DNA from: Neoechinorhynchus agilis
Taxonomy: Eukaryota; Animalia; Acanthocephala
Direction: 5' to 3'
Length of the DNA: 64,000 bases
Assembly: GCA_051530055.1 (NCBI GenBank)
Contig: CM121343.1
Coordinates: forward strand, 1,520,389-1,584,388
Positions within the stretch are counted from its first letter, which is position 1; each line of letters starts with the position of its first letter. A model generated the notes under the pieces. It saw only the letters and a program-made list of their open reading frames with translations. It made no database searches and had not been told where the DNA came from. This document shows, in pieces, positions 10,880 through 23,399 of this stretch. The position numbers and the translations under genes were made by a program.

Positions 10880-12830
10880 ACTGACAAGCACAGATGGCCA
10901 TCGCACACATGTACAAAATTCACATCTGGTATCGAACCATTTATCTGCCAGCAGCGAACGTGCGCGTCCGATCATCACAGGATTGGGCGAGACGTAACCA
11001 CTTAGTTGTCGTGCTGTTTTCGATGCTAACTGGGGTGAGTTTAAGAAGGGGATAAGGAGCAAAAAATGGGAATGCGATTTGCAAGAAGCACAGATGGTCA
11101 TCGCACACATGTACAAAATTCACATCTGGTATCGAACCATTTCTCTGCCAGCAGCAAAAATGCTCGTCCGATCATCACAGGATTAGGCGCGATGTCGCCA
11201 CTTAGTTGTCGTGCTGTTTTCGATGCTAACTGGGGTGAGTTTAAGAAGGGGATAAGGAGCAAAAAATGGGAATGCGATTTGCAAGAAGCACAGATGGTCA
11301 TCGCACACATGTACAAAATTCACATCTGGTACCGAACCATTTATCTGCCAGCAGCGAACGTGCGCGTCCGATCATCACAGGGTTGGGCGAGACGTAACCA
11401 CTTTGTTGTCGTGGTATTTTAATGGCTAAATGTCGTGAGTCTGAGAAGCGGATAAAGAGCAAAAAATGGGAATGCGATTTGCAAGAAGCACAGATGGTCA
11501 TCGCACACATGTACAAAATTATCATCTGGTATCGAACCACTTCTCTGCCAGCAGCAAAAATGCTCGTCCGATCATCACAGGATTATGCGCGACGTCGCCA
11601 CTTAGTTGTCGTGCTATTTTCGTGGCTAATTTTGGTGAGCTTGAGAATCCGATACAGAGCAAAAAATGGGAATGCGATTTGAAAGAAGCACAGCTGGCCT
11701 TCGCACACATGCACAAAATTCACATCTGGTATCGAATGGTTTCTCTGCCAGCAGCGAACTTGCCAGTCCGATCATCACAGGATTGGGCGCGACGTCACCA
11801 CTTAGTTGCCGTTTTGTTTTCCTGACTAATTGTCGTGAGTTTAAGAAGCGGATAAAGAGGAAAAATGGGAATGCGATTTGAAAGCAGCACAGATGGCTAT
11901 CGCACACATGCACAAAATTCACATCTGATATCCAACCATTTCTCTGAGAGTAGCAAACGTGCTCGTCCGATCATCACAGGGTTGGGCGCGACGTCACCTC
12001 TTAGTTGTCGTGCTGTTTTCGATGCTAACTGGGGTGAGTTTAAGAAGGGGATAAGAAGCAAAAAATGAGAACACGATTTGAAAGATGCACCGATGGCCAT
12101 CGAACACATGTACAAAATTCACATCTGGTATCGAACCATTTCTCTCTGAGCAGCAAACATGCTCGTCCGATCATCACATTATTGCGCGGGGCGTCGCCAC
12201 TTTCTTGTCGTGCTATTTTCAGGGCTAACTTTGGTGAGCTTGACAAGGGGACAAAGATCCAAAAATTGGAACGCGATTTGAAAGAAGCACAGATGGTCAT
12301 CGCACACATGTACAAAATTCAAATCATGTATCGAACCATTTCTCTGCCAGCAGAAAAAATGCTAGTCCGATCTTCACAGGATAGGGCGCGACGTCACCAC
12401 CGGGTTGTCGTTCTGTTTTCGTGGCTAATTGTGGTGAGTTTGAGAAGCGGATAAAGGGCAAAAAATTGGAATGCGATTTGAAAGAAGCACAGATGGCCAT
12501 CGAACACATGTACAAAATTCACATCTGGTATCGAACCACTTCTCTGCCAGCAGCGAACGTGCTCGCCCAATCACCACAGGATTGGGCGCGATGTCACCAC
12601 GTTGTTGTCGTGCTGTTTTCCTGGTTAACAGTCACGAGTTTAATTAGGGGATAATGGGCAAAAAATGGGAACGCGATTTGAAAGAAGCCATTTCTCTGCC
12701 AGGAGCGAACGTGCGCGTCCGATCATCACAGGAATGGGCGCGACGTCACCACTTAGTTGTCGTTCTATTTTCCTGGCTAACTGTGGTGAGTCTGCGAAGC
12801 GGATAAAGAGCAAAAAATGGGAAGGGGGTG
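10880..12830. repeat. Tandem array of about 10 units of 200 bp
   Basis: The anchor GCAC(A/C)G recurs at 10888, 11088, 11288, 11488, 11688, 11887, 12087, 12287 and 12487. The last unit, starting near 12687, is internally deleted. Confidence 0.95.
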
Positions 12831-13628
12831 CTCTTAGCAATTCCTAGTGGTATTACGTCATTGCCCTTATTAACATCACTAAAATGTTTTATAAACACGG
12901 ACTACGTCCGACGACCTGAGCGTTCGGCTGGAATGAGGACGCGCGCTTATAAGAGTGAGTGTTAGCGGTGGCGGAAAAATTCGCGCGGCACGCTCATGGA
13001 TTGCACGTACGCTCATTCTTCGTAAATTGCGAGTGCCACACTCGCACAAAGAATTCCGTCCCAGTTTTATTCGAAGTTATGCATCTTTGTCGAATTTGTT
13101 TTGGCTTTAATGATAGAAATTATCTGTTTGGTGGATAAGGCACCTACTGAACGTTCGTTCTTCATGCTTCACAGATTTGAACATGTTGTCGAATGTTGAA
13201 GATTTGCTGGGATCGCTAAAGCATCGGGATTTTGTGAATGATACCAATCTTTAACGCTGTTCCCAAAATTTGCCCGTCGAATCTTTGACCGTACTTTAGG
13301 AGTTGCTTACGAGTGAGTGAAGTAAGCGGGACAACCGAATTTTGTTACCTAATTTAGCTTCTTTATTTTTAAAGAGAACTTTTGATAAATGCCTCAAACG
13401 CAAATTGAAACTCATTTTCACATTATTCGGCCGAAGCCGAGAGTGTGTAGTAATTACAATAAAATGGTCACTTTAGAAAAAGACACTAACAGTTATTGAT
13501 ATTTCTAGCCAATAAGAATCAAGACGAGTAAAAATGCAAAGATGATTAGTTTTTTGTCGTTTTACATAGGCCAATAAGAACATTTAATAAAGAATTACGA
13601 CAACGAAAATTTCATGCAAAGTCCTTAG

Positions 13629-13922
13629 TCAGCCGAGTCCATTGATGAATTTAAGTGTTCGTGGGCTCGGTTTGAATTCGTCATAGATCCGCCGGTCGTG
13701 TCGATGCTCTGTGAATGGCCAGACATTCTGTTGAGTTGGGATGATGTCACCATCGTTCACCTTGCTGTCCGCGATGATTCGGAAGGAATATAGAGGGAAT
13801 CCATGGAATTGTGCCCGAGGACCATTCGCGATTGCCGGAATGATAAGAGCTTCAGGTACGAAACGAGCTTCTAACACAGTGGCGAGCATTACCAACGAGA
13901 GAAATCTTGACACTGCGTTCAT
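13629..13922 (-). CDS. 97-aa secreted protein, candidate amidated-peptide precursor
   Basis: Signal-peptide-like start MNAVSRFLSLVMLATVLEA, a dibasic RR site and C-terminal KFINGLG-stop. An upstream TACTTCAG acceptor near 13951 suggests a spliced 5' UTR. Confidence 0.55.
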   Translation of the reverse strand: MNAVSRFLSLVMLATVLEARFVPEALIIPAIANGPRAQFHGFPLYSFRIIADSKVNDGDIIPTQQNVWPFTEHRHDRRIYDEFKPSPRTLKFINGLG

Positions 13923-14352
13923 TGTGTTCGATTTGATTCCGATGGATCCCTGAAGTATGAAGGAGAACGGAGAAATTACGAGCAAAGGTAATTTAAAATT
14001 TTACAGAACCACAATGGACGTGTCGAAACTCATTCTATCGGTGTTAAAATGAATTCCCCGGGGAAGGGATGCAGCGCAAAATCTGCAAAGTCAGCTTATT
14101 GAAAGTTCCTACGATCTGGTATTTATTGAGCTTTTGAGCGTGCATAATTCCTATTGTTATTTTTAAAAGGTCTCAAGTATCGGCTTTGGAACTAAGTTCT
14201 TCAAAGGCAATTCTCTTTTAAGTTCCGGAACTTTTAGCTATTTTCTTTCAAAGAAGAATATGCAGGGGTTATCGTTTATGCGCCTAAAATGGTTCATTGT
14301 AACATTAGTGGATTTTATTATGCGCGCCACTTTTAACGATAACAAATGTAAA

Positions 14353-17300
14353 TCATTTCTCGGCTCGATTTTGGAACATAAATATTTGTTCAGCTATATT
14401 GACTTTTCGACGTTCAAAGTAATCAGCGATTAATCTTCCATGAGTTGATTCTTTTATAATTTGATTGAACGTATCATATCGGACGACATGTTCACTATCG
14501 CACTTATCGCCGCCACCACCACCACCACCACCACCTTCGAAAGCTTCCCGGTAATCAATTTCGAGATGTAATTCTATTTTTACCTAATGTGTATTTCAAA
14601 CACATTGCTAATGAATCGCACAAACTGTCTTCATTTTCGATTCCCACAAAAAGATCGTATAGTGAATTGAACACATTGACCAGTGTGCAATGATCCGCAG
14701 GAGGCAATGAGTTAACATGAACGTTCTGAGACTGGCCGATGGATAAGTATAGAAAATTCCGGCATAAATCTAACTTATCGTTGTCTTAAAACAAGTTTTA
14801 TTACCCTACAGAGAAAAATTACTCTTTACCTGTTTGGTGTAGCGAATAAAATAGCGATAATTTTAGATCCAAATTACCATTCTGGACGATATCGAGCAAT
14901 CGGATGAAATCAACGAAAGCAACTCCTCTTTTATTTTCATCGCGTACAACCAATTTGTAGAAGCGTAACGCTAATTGGTCATTGCGAACTCCTGTATTCC
15001 ATGCAAACAGTGACGGATAAATTATTAGAAACTCGGTTGCAGGTAATCGAAAACTAGCATGTGATATCCCTTTCGTGCCGTCGTCTTCCGATAGAGTCAA
15101 TATTTTCCGGCAGCTATTCTATGATATAAGAACTAATTTTAATTTATCCAATAATTCTCAGGAAAAGGCATTAATAGGATAAAACGATTATGGAAGAGTC
15201 AACATTATAACCTGACGTAAAAATTAAAAGGAATTATTGGTTTTAATATTTCGGCACAATCTTGTACGCGTTTATCAAGGTTGCTCGTAAGTTTTTAAAT
15301 ACGTGAGTTGAGCAACCTTGATGAACGCGTACAAGATTACGGTACAGAAATATTGGAACCAATAAGTCCTTTTAATTTTTATGCCATAAACAAGCATCAA
15401 CAATTCAATCTTCAAACATTATACCCTGAATTTTTTAAAGCTCTTTATAAAACGTAATTTAAATATTTCGAGCAACTGGAAACATGCAACTAATTAGAGA
15501 TAAATTGGCGACTACTATTGCATGAATGTACTTTTTTTGTGACGATGTTATCCATAGATTGTTTCGGTTTCAATAATTAACAATTCTTAAGAAGTTCCAC
15601 GTAGAGAACGAAATATTAATAAAATTAAATTACTTCTCTTTACTTCGCCTTGACCAAAACATCATCGAAATTAAATTCATTGTTTAGATCTAAGCACGTT
15701 TCGAACCAACGAGGGAACCCCTGGCTTTTATAACTGATGATGAACCCGACGAGGTTCAAAACGTATTAAAAATTTATCTGTCAAATTTTATAATTACGGG
15801 AAATGCCAACGAAATGGTGATTTTAGCACCTACTTTAAATAAAAGAAACAATTCCTTGATTTCGGGACCTGTAAATGCACATATCCACATTTCAAGGTTG
15901 ATTGCTTTTACGGCTTCTTCGGCCAAAGTATCTCCAAGGCATTTTACAACCTGCATTCTGTGCCGCAATCGAGCTGATCGGATATAATCGTTAGTTATGC
16001 TTTGTCCATATGTAGAGTAAGAAAGTCTCAATAGAGAAGTGATATCCTTTATATCCCTGAATTTACTGTTCTTATTTGTGTTTGAAAATTGTTATGATTT
16101 TTGAATTCTAGGTCCAACTTACCGAAAACGGAGTGTGTATTGTTTGAAGATACTGGGATAAGACAGAAAACGAGAGCGATGAATCCGGCAGGTTTAACAA
16201 TCGCTCCTGGTTAAGGGCCAATATTGTCAATGCAAGTTGGAAAAGGACCTATGGTGCTTGTAGAAGATCACTTTTTGATAAAGAAAGAGCAAAGAAACCT
16301 TTACACCGTCAAGTAAGAACATGTCCATGACATAGACTGCTGCTTTGAACGGTATTGTACTGATTTTGGGTTGAAATTTGTCGATAGATAAATACTTACT
16401 TCAAAAATATGGTCAAAAACCAAGAAACCGTTACGCAGCTGATAAGCCCTATATCGCTAAATCTATCAAATAAATCAGGTAAATGCTCTTTAATCAGATC
16501 TTCGAAAACTCCTAATTTGCAGAAATTATCGATCATCGTTGGCTTTAATTCGACATACCTTGATCCACGATTGCTCCCACCACCTTCAAGTCGTAATATT
16601 GAGGAAGTAAATGTTGACTAATTATATTCATCAACCAAAAGCACTCCTCCTCGTTGCAGAACAAAAGAAGAACCGAAACAACAATGTTCATTGCTTGGCA
16701 ATATCCTATGGGGAAATAGAATTCGAAATCACTTCAAAACTGGCTCGGTATTTTTCTTCCCAAAAACACAAAAATCAGTAACGCCAATCGTTTTTAATCT
16801 ATACAACAATGTTCATTGGTCGGCAATATCCTACGGGGAAATAGAATTCGAAATCGCTTCTAAGCTGGTTCGGTATTTTTTCTTCTCAAAAACACAAAAA
16901 TCAGTGACGCGTATCGTTTTGGACCGATACAACAATGTTCATTCATTGACAATATCCTACGGGGAAATTGAATTCGAAATCGCTTCTAAACTGGTTCGGT
17001 ATTTTTTGTTCGTCTCAAAAACACAAAAATCAGTAACGCGTATCGTTTTGGACCCATACAACAATGTTCATTCATTGGCAATATCCTACGGGGAAATTGA
17101 ATTCGAAATCGCTTCTAAATTGGCTCGGTATTTTTCTTCTCAAAAACACAAAAATCAGTAACGCGTATCCTTTTTTGGACCGATACAACAATGTTCATTC
17201 ATTGGCAATATCCTACGGGGAAATTGAATTCGAAATCGCTTCTAAACTGGTTCGGTATTTTTTGTTCGTCTCAAAAACACAAAAATCAGTAACGCGTATC

Positions 17301-20300
17301 GTTTTGGACCGATACAACAATGTTCAATCATTGCCAATATCCTACGGGGAAATTGAATTCGAAATCGCTTCTAAACTGGTTCGGTATTTTTTTCTTCTCA
17401 AAAACACAAAAATCAGTAACATGAATCGTTTTGGACCGATACAACAATGTTCATTCATTGGCAATATCCTACGGGGAAATTGAATTCGAAATCCCTTCTA
17501 AATTGGCTCGGTATTTTTCTTCTCAAAAACACAAAAATCAGTAACGCGTATCCTTTTTGGACCGATACAACAATGTTCATTCATTGGCAATATCCTACGG
17601 GGAAATTGAATTCGAAATCGCTTCTAAACTGATTCGGTATTTTTTCTTCTCAAAAACACAAAAATCAGTAACGCGTATCGTTTTGGACCGATACAACAAT
17701 GTTCATTCATTGGCAATATCCTACGGGGAAATTGAATTCGAAATCGCTTCTAAGCTGGTTCGGTATTTTTTCTTCTCAAAAACACAAAAATCAGTAACGC
17801 GTATCGTTTTGGACCGATACAACAATGTTCATTCATTGGCAATATCCTACGGGGAAATTGAATTCGAAATCGCTTCTAAACTGGTTCGGTATTTTTTCTT
17901 CTCAAAAACACAAAAATCAAAAACGGAAGTTTTGGACCGATACAACAATGTTCATTCATTGGCAATATCCTACGGGGAAATTGAATTCGAAATCGCTTCT
18001 AAACTGGTTCGGTATTTTTTCTTCTCAAAAACACAAAAATCAGTAACGCGTATCGTTTTGGACCGATACAACAATGTTCATTCATTGGCAATATCCTACG
18101 GGGAAATTGAATTCGAAATCGCTTCTAAACTGGTTCGGTATTTTTTCTTCTCAAAAACACAAAAATCAGTAACGCGTATCGTTTTGACCGATACAACAAT
18201 GTTCATTCATTGGCAAATCTGGGAAGAATTCGTGCTTCTAATGTTCGGTATTTTTTAAAAAAATAGCGTATCTTTTATCCTACGGGGAAATGAATTGAAA
18301 TCTTCTAATGGTTTTTTTCTTCAAAACAAAAATGTACGGTATCGTTTTGGACCGATACAACAATGTTCATTCATTGGCAATATCCTACGGGGAAATTGAA
18401 TTCGAAATCGCTTCTAAACTGGTTCGGTATTTTTTTCTTCTCAAAAACACAAAAATCAGTAACGCGTATCGTTTTGTACCGATACAACAATGTTCATTCA
18501 TTGGCAATATCCTACGGGGAAATTGAATTCGAAATCGCTTCTAAACTGGTTCGGTATTTTTTCTTCTCAAAAACACAAAAATCAGTAACATGAATCGTTT
18601 TGGACCGATACAATGTTCATTGGAATATCCTGGGAAATTGAATTCGAAATCCCTTCTAAATTGGCTCGGTATTTTTCTTCTCAAAAACACAAAAATCAGT
18701 AACGCGTATCCTTTTTTGGACCGATACAACAATGTTCATTCATTGGCAATATCCTACGGGGAAATTGAATTCGAAATCGCTTCTAAACTGATTCGGTATT
18801 TTTTCTTCTCAAAAACACAAAAATCAGTAACGCCAATCGTTTTTAATCCATACAACAATGTTCATTGGTCGGCAATATCCTATGGGGAAATAGAATTCGA
18901 AAACGCCTGAAAACTGGTTCGGTATTTTTTCTTCCCAAAAACACAAAAATCAGTAACATGAATAGTTTTGGACCGATACAACAATGTTCATTCATTGGCA
19001 ATATCCTACGGGGAAATTGAATTCGAAATCGCTTCTAAACTGGTTCGGTATTTTTCTCAAAAACACAAAAATCAGTAACGCCTATCGTTTTTAATCCATA
19101 CAACAATGTTCATTGGTCGGCAATATCCTATGGGGAAATAGAATTCGAAAACGCCTGAAAACTGGTTCGGTATTTTTTCTTCCCAAAAACACAAAAATCA
19201 GTAACACGAATAGTTTTGGACCGATACAACAATGTTCATTCATTGACAATATCCTACGGGGAAATTGTATACGAAATCCCTTCTAAACTGGCTCGGTATT
19301 TTTTGTTCATCTCAAAAACACAAAAAATTAGTAACGCGTATCATTTTCAACCGATACAACAATCTTCATTGATCGGCAATATCCTACGGGGAAATTGAAT
19401 ACGAAATCCCTTCTAAATTGGCTCGGTATTTTTCTTCTCAAAAACACACAAAATCAGTAACGCGTATCGTTTTGGACCGATACAACAATGTTCATTCATT
19501 GGCAATATCCTACGGGGAAATAGAATTCGAAATCGCTTCTAAACAGACTCGGTATTTTTTCTCACAAACACGAAAAATCACGGTTCGACTTTCCTACGAC
19601 TATGAAACAGCTTTAGAATCAAAAGACTGAAAAAGTGTACCTAGAATCTGAGAAATAACGGATAATTTGAAGACTAACAATTTAACGCTTGTACTTAAGG
19701 GAAACTCACCAATACTCGGATCGTGTTTGGCATAACACTGCAGAACTCTTCGTAGTGCATCAATGCCATCTTTATTTTGGAAAGCATTGTGCTCAGGTAA
19801 CGAGCGGTGAAGATCTCGTTCAATCTCCTCAAGAATATCTTCAGACAAGTTGTCCAATGAATCATTAATCAATTTGTGGTATAAACCAGGATGCATCAAG
19901 CGGTAATGATTGGCGCCGGATAACTGCATCCATATCCTGGCTCTATGGGACTGCGGTAAACCCGCAAAAAACAATTCACGGAGTGCATTCACGCGGTAAT
20001 ATTGATCCTTCCTGTAATCAAAGGTTACATTTTTCAATCATTGTCGAACTTCATACCAGCAATATAGGTCCCAGTGATATAGCCAATTCGTCTCACGTTC
20101 GACTTCACTCGTTTTCATCTCAACGTTGTCCGAATTGGAGTACTCCAAGTATAAGGGTCCGGCAAGCTCTAAAAAATTTAATTGAAAAGTTGCTAATGTT
20201 TTAAAACTTGATTTTATCCACTTGCAAGTCTCCATCATGGCTTAACAGTTTGAACGTTATCGTATGCCGCTCCTTATTTGTATTATTATAAAAAGAACAC

Positions 20301-22030
20301 AACTACCAATGATATGAACTTTCTTTACCAGCTAAACATTTATTGGACAATCATTATTGTAACAAAGAAATCTAGCATCCGATAAGCAGACATGTCACAG
20401 TCGAAAAGGTACCGGTAAAATATATGAATAGACATTTATTTATAGTAGGTTTGGCACAATCTACTAACAAGAGCGGCTTTGTGGATCTTGAGAGTATAAA
20501 GAAGATGGATTTATTTAGTGCGCTCCTAAAAACATCCAATCAAAATTCTAACCGAAAAAATGTGATTGAAAGCCCCAATCGCCTTATAAGATGGCTTTTT
20601 CGTAAATTCTCAGTGTAAATCCAGAACCAAATAATTTCTTATTTTTATATAATTAAAAACTTATTTCAATGGTTCAAGCGACATTTTGTTGACATTGACC
20701 GAAAACGTTGTATGTGAGATTACAATATTAAGCGCTGTTGTATCAGCTCAGCGAAGTTCGTTCGTCTCGAGGATAACTATCATCATAGATCGAAATGCCT
20801 TAAATTGTCACAGAGAGAACGCCATTGGAAAATCGAAAAATATATCATAATGATGCTTTAAAATACATTCGGAGCCCTTTAAAAGTGCGATAATAGTCAG
20901 CTCAAGGATTCGGTTACCCAGGGCACAAAGGAGCGTGCCTAAAATAGATTCTTATTTTAAACGATTCCATTACTTACCACGAAGAGAACGTTTTTTCTCA
21001 GTAATCACCTTCTCATAATCATTATGGAGTCTACAAAAAACGTTTAAAAATTTGAAAACTAAGGCATCATACTTTAAACACTTCTTTTGGCAGAAACTAA
21101 TAAATCGCTCACAATCTTCGACGATTTCAAATGAGCGTTCGAGGTTAATAAATTCTAAAGATCCAATTGGATCCATGTTTACTTTCATTGAGTAATTTAG
21201 TCCCGATGAGGTTGCACGGTGAATGGATTTGAAGTGTCGAAATGAGAGAACGATTGCGAATAAATGTTTTGTCTAGAAAAAAATAAGAAAATGCATTTTC
21301 GGGTTTTTATTCTTACTTTCGATTGGAATATAAGAAAGTTATTGGTTACGATCAATCTTCCCAAGGATAGTTTCTTACTAAACGGCAAAATAACAGCACA
21401 GGTAGCAGCTTCATGTTCAATACATTCCGTAGACGGCAGTCGAAATTCTTCACTGTTAAAAATGAGTAATGTTCGAGTTAAATTACAAACCGTATGTAAT
21501 CTTGCTTAAGAATTTCTCCAATGTCATCATGCATGTACGCTGCCTCCGTTTTCACGGAATTCTCAGATCGATCATCCGATAGAAAGTGCTGGACCGATCT
21601 GTCGATCATTTTATGAAGAAATCCAAAAATTTCTTCGAAATTCAGAAGCATGGAGAATACATGAGTTGATCCTCTGTTTGTTTGTATTACAATTCTCTGT
21701 GATATTTGGTTGGTTGAGTGTTTCAAATCCTTTTAGCAGCAACAATTAAACTCTCAATTAAATCAAAAATACCGTTATGTCAAGATATTTAATTGCAATT
21801 TTAAAATCGCGACCCATGAAAAAAGCGTAAAAGCACAAGTGTTCGGTGCTGATATACATCCACCCTTGTCTGGGAATAACGTGATTCCAATGACAGCATG
21901 AACAATCTACAAATCATATTTAAAATGTTTGATATACTCCAAGGACCTTACATTTTAATAATTTGTCATCCTTTAAACCAAAGATATCCTTAAACTTTTT
22001 CTCAGCAGATTCGAATTGTGCATCACTTGT
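14353..22030 (-). CDS. TBC1D9: TBC1D8/TBC1D9-like Rab GTPase-activating protein (2 GRAM, TBC, EF-hand), multi-exon; 5' end uncertain
   Basis: Exons read [18 protein letters not shown] (GRAM1) and FRLPSTE...[23 protein letters not shown] (GRAM2). The TBC domain reads [30 protein letters not shown]...PSIG|[14 protein letters not shown]...VVGAIVDQ|GVFEDL...SWFLTIFL. Later exons read [10 protein letters not shown] and [10 protein letters not shown], with the stop at 14353-14355. Confidence 0.88.
15218..15381. mobile_element. Fold-back MITE-like element in a TBC1D9-like intron
   Basis: Arms of about 68 bp (15218-15286 / 15310-15381) form an imperfect inverted repeat, e.g. AATCTTGTACGCGTTTATCAAGGTTGCTC versus GAGCAACCTTGATGAACGCGTACAAGATT. 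Both ends are TA. Confidence 0.7.
15734..15764 (+). ncRNA. Isolated HH-A hammerhead core with a G12-to-A change
   Basis: CTGATGATGAACCCGACGAGGTTCAAAACGTA, lying antisense within a TBC1D9-like intron. Confidence 0.5.
16672..19560. repeat. 126-bp intronic satellite (about 23 units) derived from the TBC1D9-like acceptor/exon junction
   Basis: GACCGATAC recurs at 17560 and 17686 (126 bp apart). The array fills intron 19709-16706 and its terminal unit is the real exon start. Confidence 0.95.
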
Positions 22031-22276
22031 ATCTACATGGCTTAAGATTCACGAGAAAGCAGGCAACTCATAGTTTTAAAGTCCAACTAATTCTTTTTAA
22101 ATTAAACATTTCAGGGTTAATCATCGAGAAAAAATCCTCCGGGATGATGAAGTTGGCGATGTGGTGTTCATAGTAATTCGAATAAAACATGTATTTATCA
22201 GGATAGCAACACATACGGTCCTCAAACCTAGACAATGGTGACCATGAGTACCCGAACCATATAATATAAAATATCT

Positions 22277-22738
22277 AAAACCTTTTATGTCTTGGATTAT
22301 TATCTTCGGGGGAAAAGATATTTGCTTTTGGTAGTTTTGCCACTTCGGATTTAAATTCACTGATTAATTTCCCCGATACTTCACGTCGGATAATTCTGAC
22401 ATTATTCCAAGATTTGTCGTTTTTAGAATCTTTTAATAATTAACAATGACAAACCTTGAGAAAATGTCGGAATTATACGACGTGAAATATCGGAAATAAA
22501 TTAGACAATTTAAATCCGGGGTGTTATAATTACCAAAAGAAAGGATTAAGCTTTTAATATCTTGGATTATTATCTTCGGGGGAAAAGATATTTCCTTTTG
22601 GTAGTTTTGCCACTTCGGATTTAAATTCACTGATTAATTACCCGACGTGAAATATCGGAAATAAATTAGTGAATTTAAACCCGGGGTGTTATAATTACCA
22701 AAAGAAAGGATTAAGCTTTTAATATCTTGGATTATTAC
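22277..22738. repeat. Fold-back element 22346-22518 plus an internally deleted tandem copy 22616-22683 with duplicated flanks
   Basis: Inverted arms of about 55 bp (CGGATTTAAATT...TCACGTCG.ATAATTC.GACA). The flanking blocks TTGGATTATTATCTTCGGGGG and GGGGTGTTATAATTACCAAAAG each occur twice. Confidence 0.75.
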
Positions 22739-23399
22739 CTTGCCCAATGAAAATTATCAGCTGTTTAAGGGATCTTTACCTCAACACTGAACAAAAAAGT
22801 AACCGGCGGTCAGACTTAAGGTAAAAATAAATTAGTCAATTCAGATCTTGAATGTTATAATTACCAAAAAAAATAAAATCTTACAGATGACTGACGAGGC
22901 GAGACTTCTCGAATTATCTCAATAAAATACGTTCTATCCATTTCACTCTTCTTTAGGTGGGTAATATTTTTCGATAACTGACTTTTAAAAACATGTAAGA
23001 TTGAATTTTTACAGCACGAACCATTAACGGGATTCATAAGCGTCAACTTCCTATAATCGCCAAAAAGTTTAGACTAGTTAAATGTTTGCTCGCTTTTTAT
23101 TCTCAGATGACGAAATATAGCCCCTGTACAAGAAAGAATAATCCCCTTAACTTTGCACATTCAATATGAACTGTGACGTCACTCTTTTAGCTCAGAAAGC
23201 GAGCAAAGGTTTGTGAGTTCATTTTTGCCGTCTTCACAGGAAATCCCCCGTTTTTGCTTTATTTTAAATTCCACCGGCGAATATTGGCTTAAGAGCGAGA
23301 ATTTTGCCTAGTTAGGGTGATGTGGCGAAATCTCCAATCCTAAGTTCAATTCTTTTGTTACGCTATTAGCAATATTGATTGCCGCTTCGGAAAATGACG

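Noticed and set aside
11130-11185. Minus-strand GUGAUGA...GAAA in the 200-bp unit as a hammerhead
   Set aside because: C3 is missing and there is no credible stem II.
16691-19630. Long plus-strand ORFs of 42-aa repeats ([42 protein letters not shown])
   Set aside because: They are a by-product of a unit length divisible by three. The frame breaks at poly-T tracts and the region is antisense to a TBC1D9-like intron.
22885-22915. CTGACGA...GAAT, and similar CTGATGA hits at about 5064, 5533, 29933 and 58196
   Set aside because: Each lacks a paired stem II or a correctly placed GAAA; these are chance matches.
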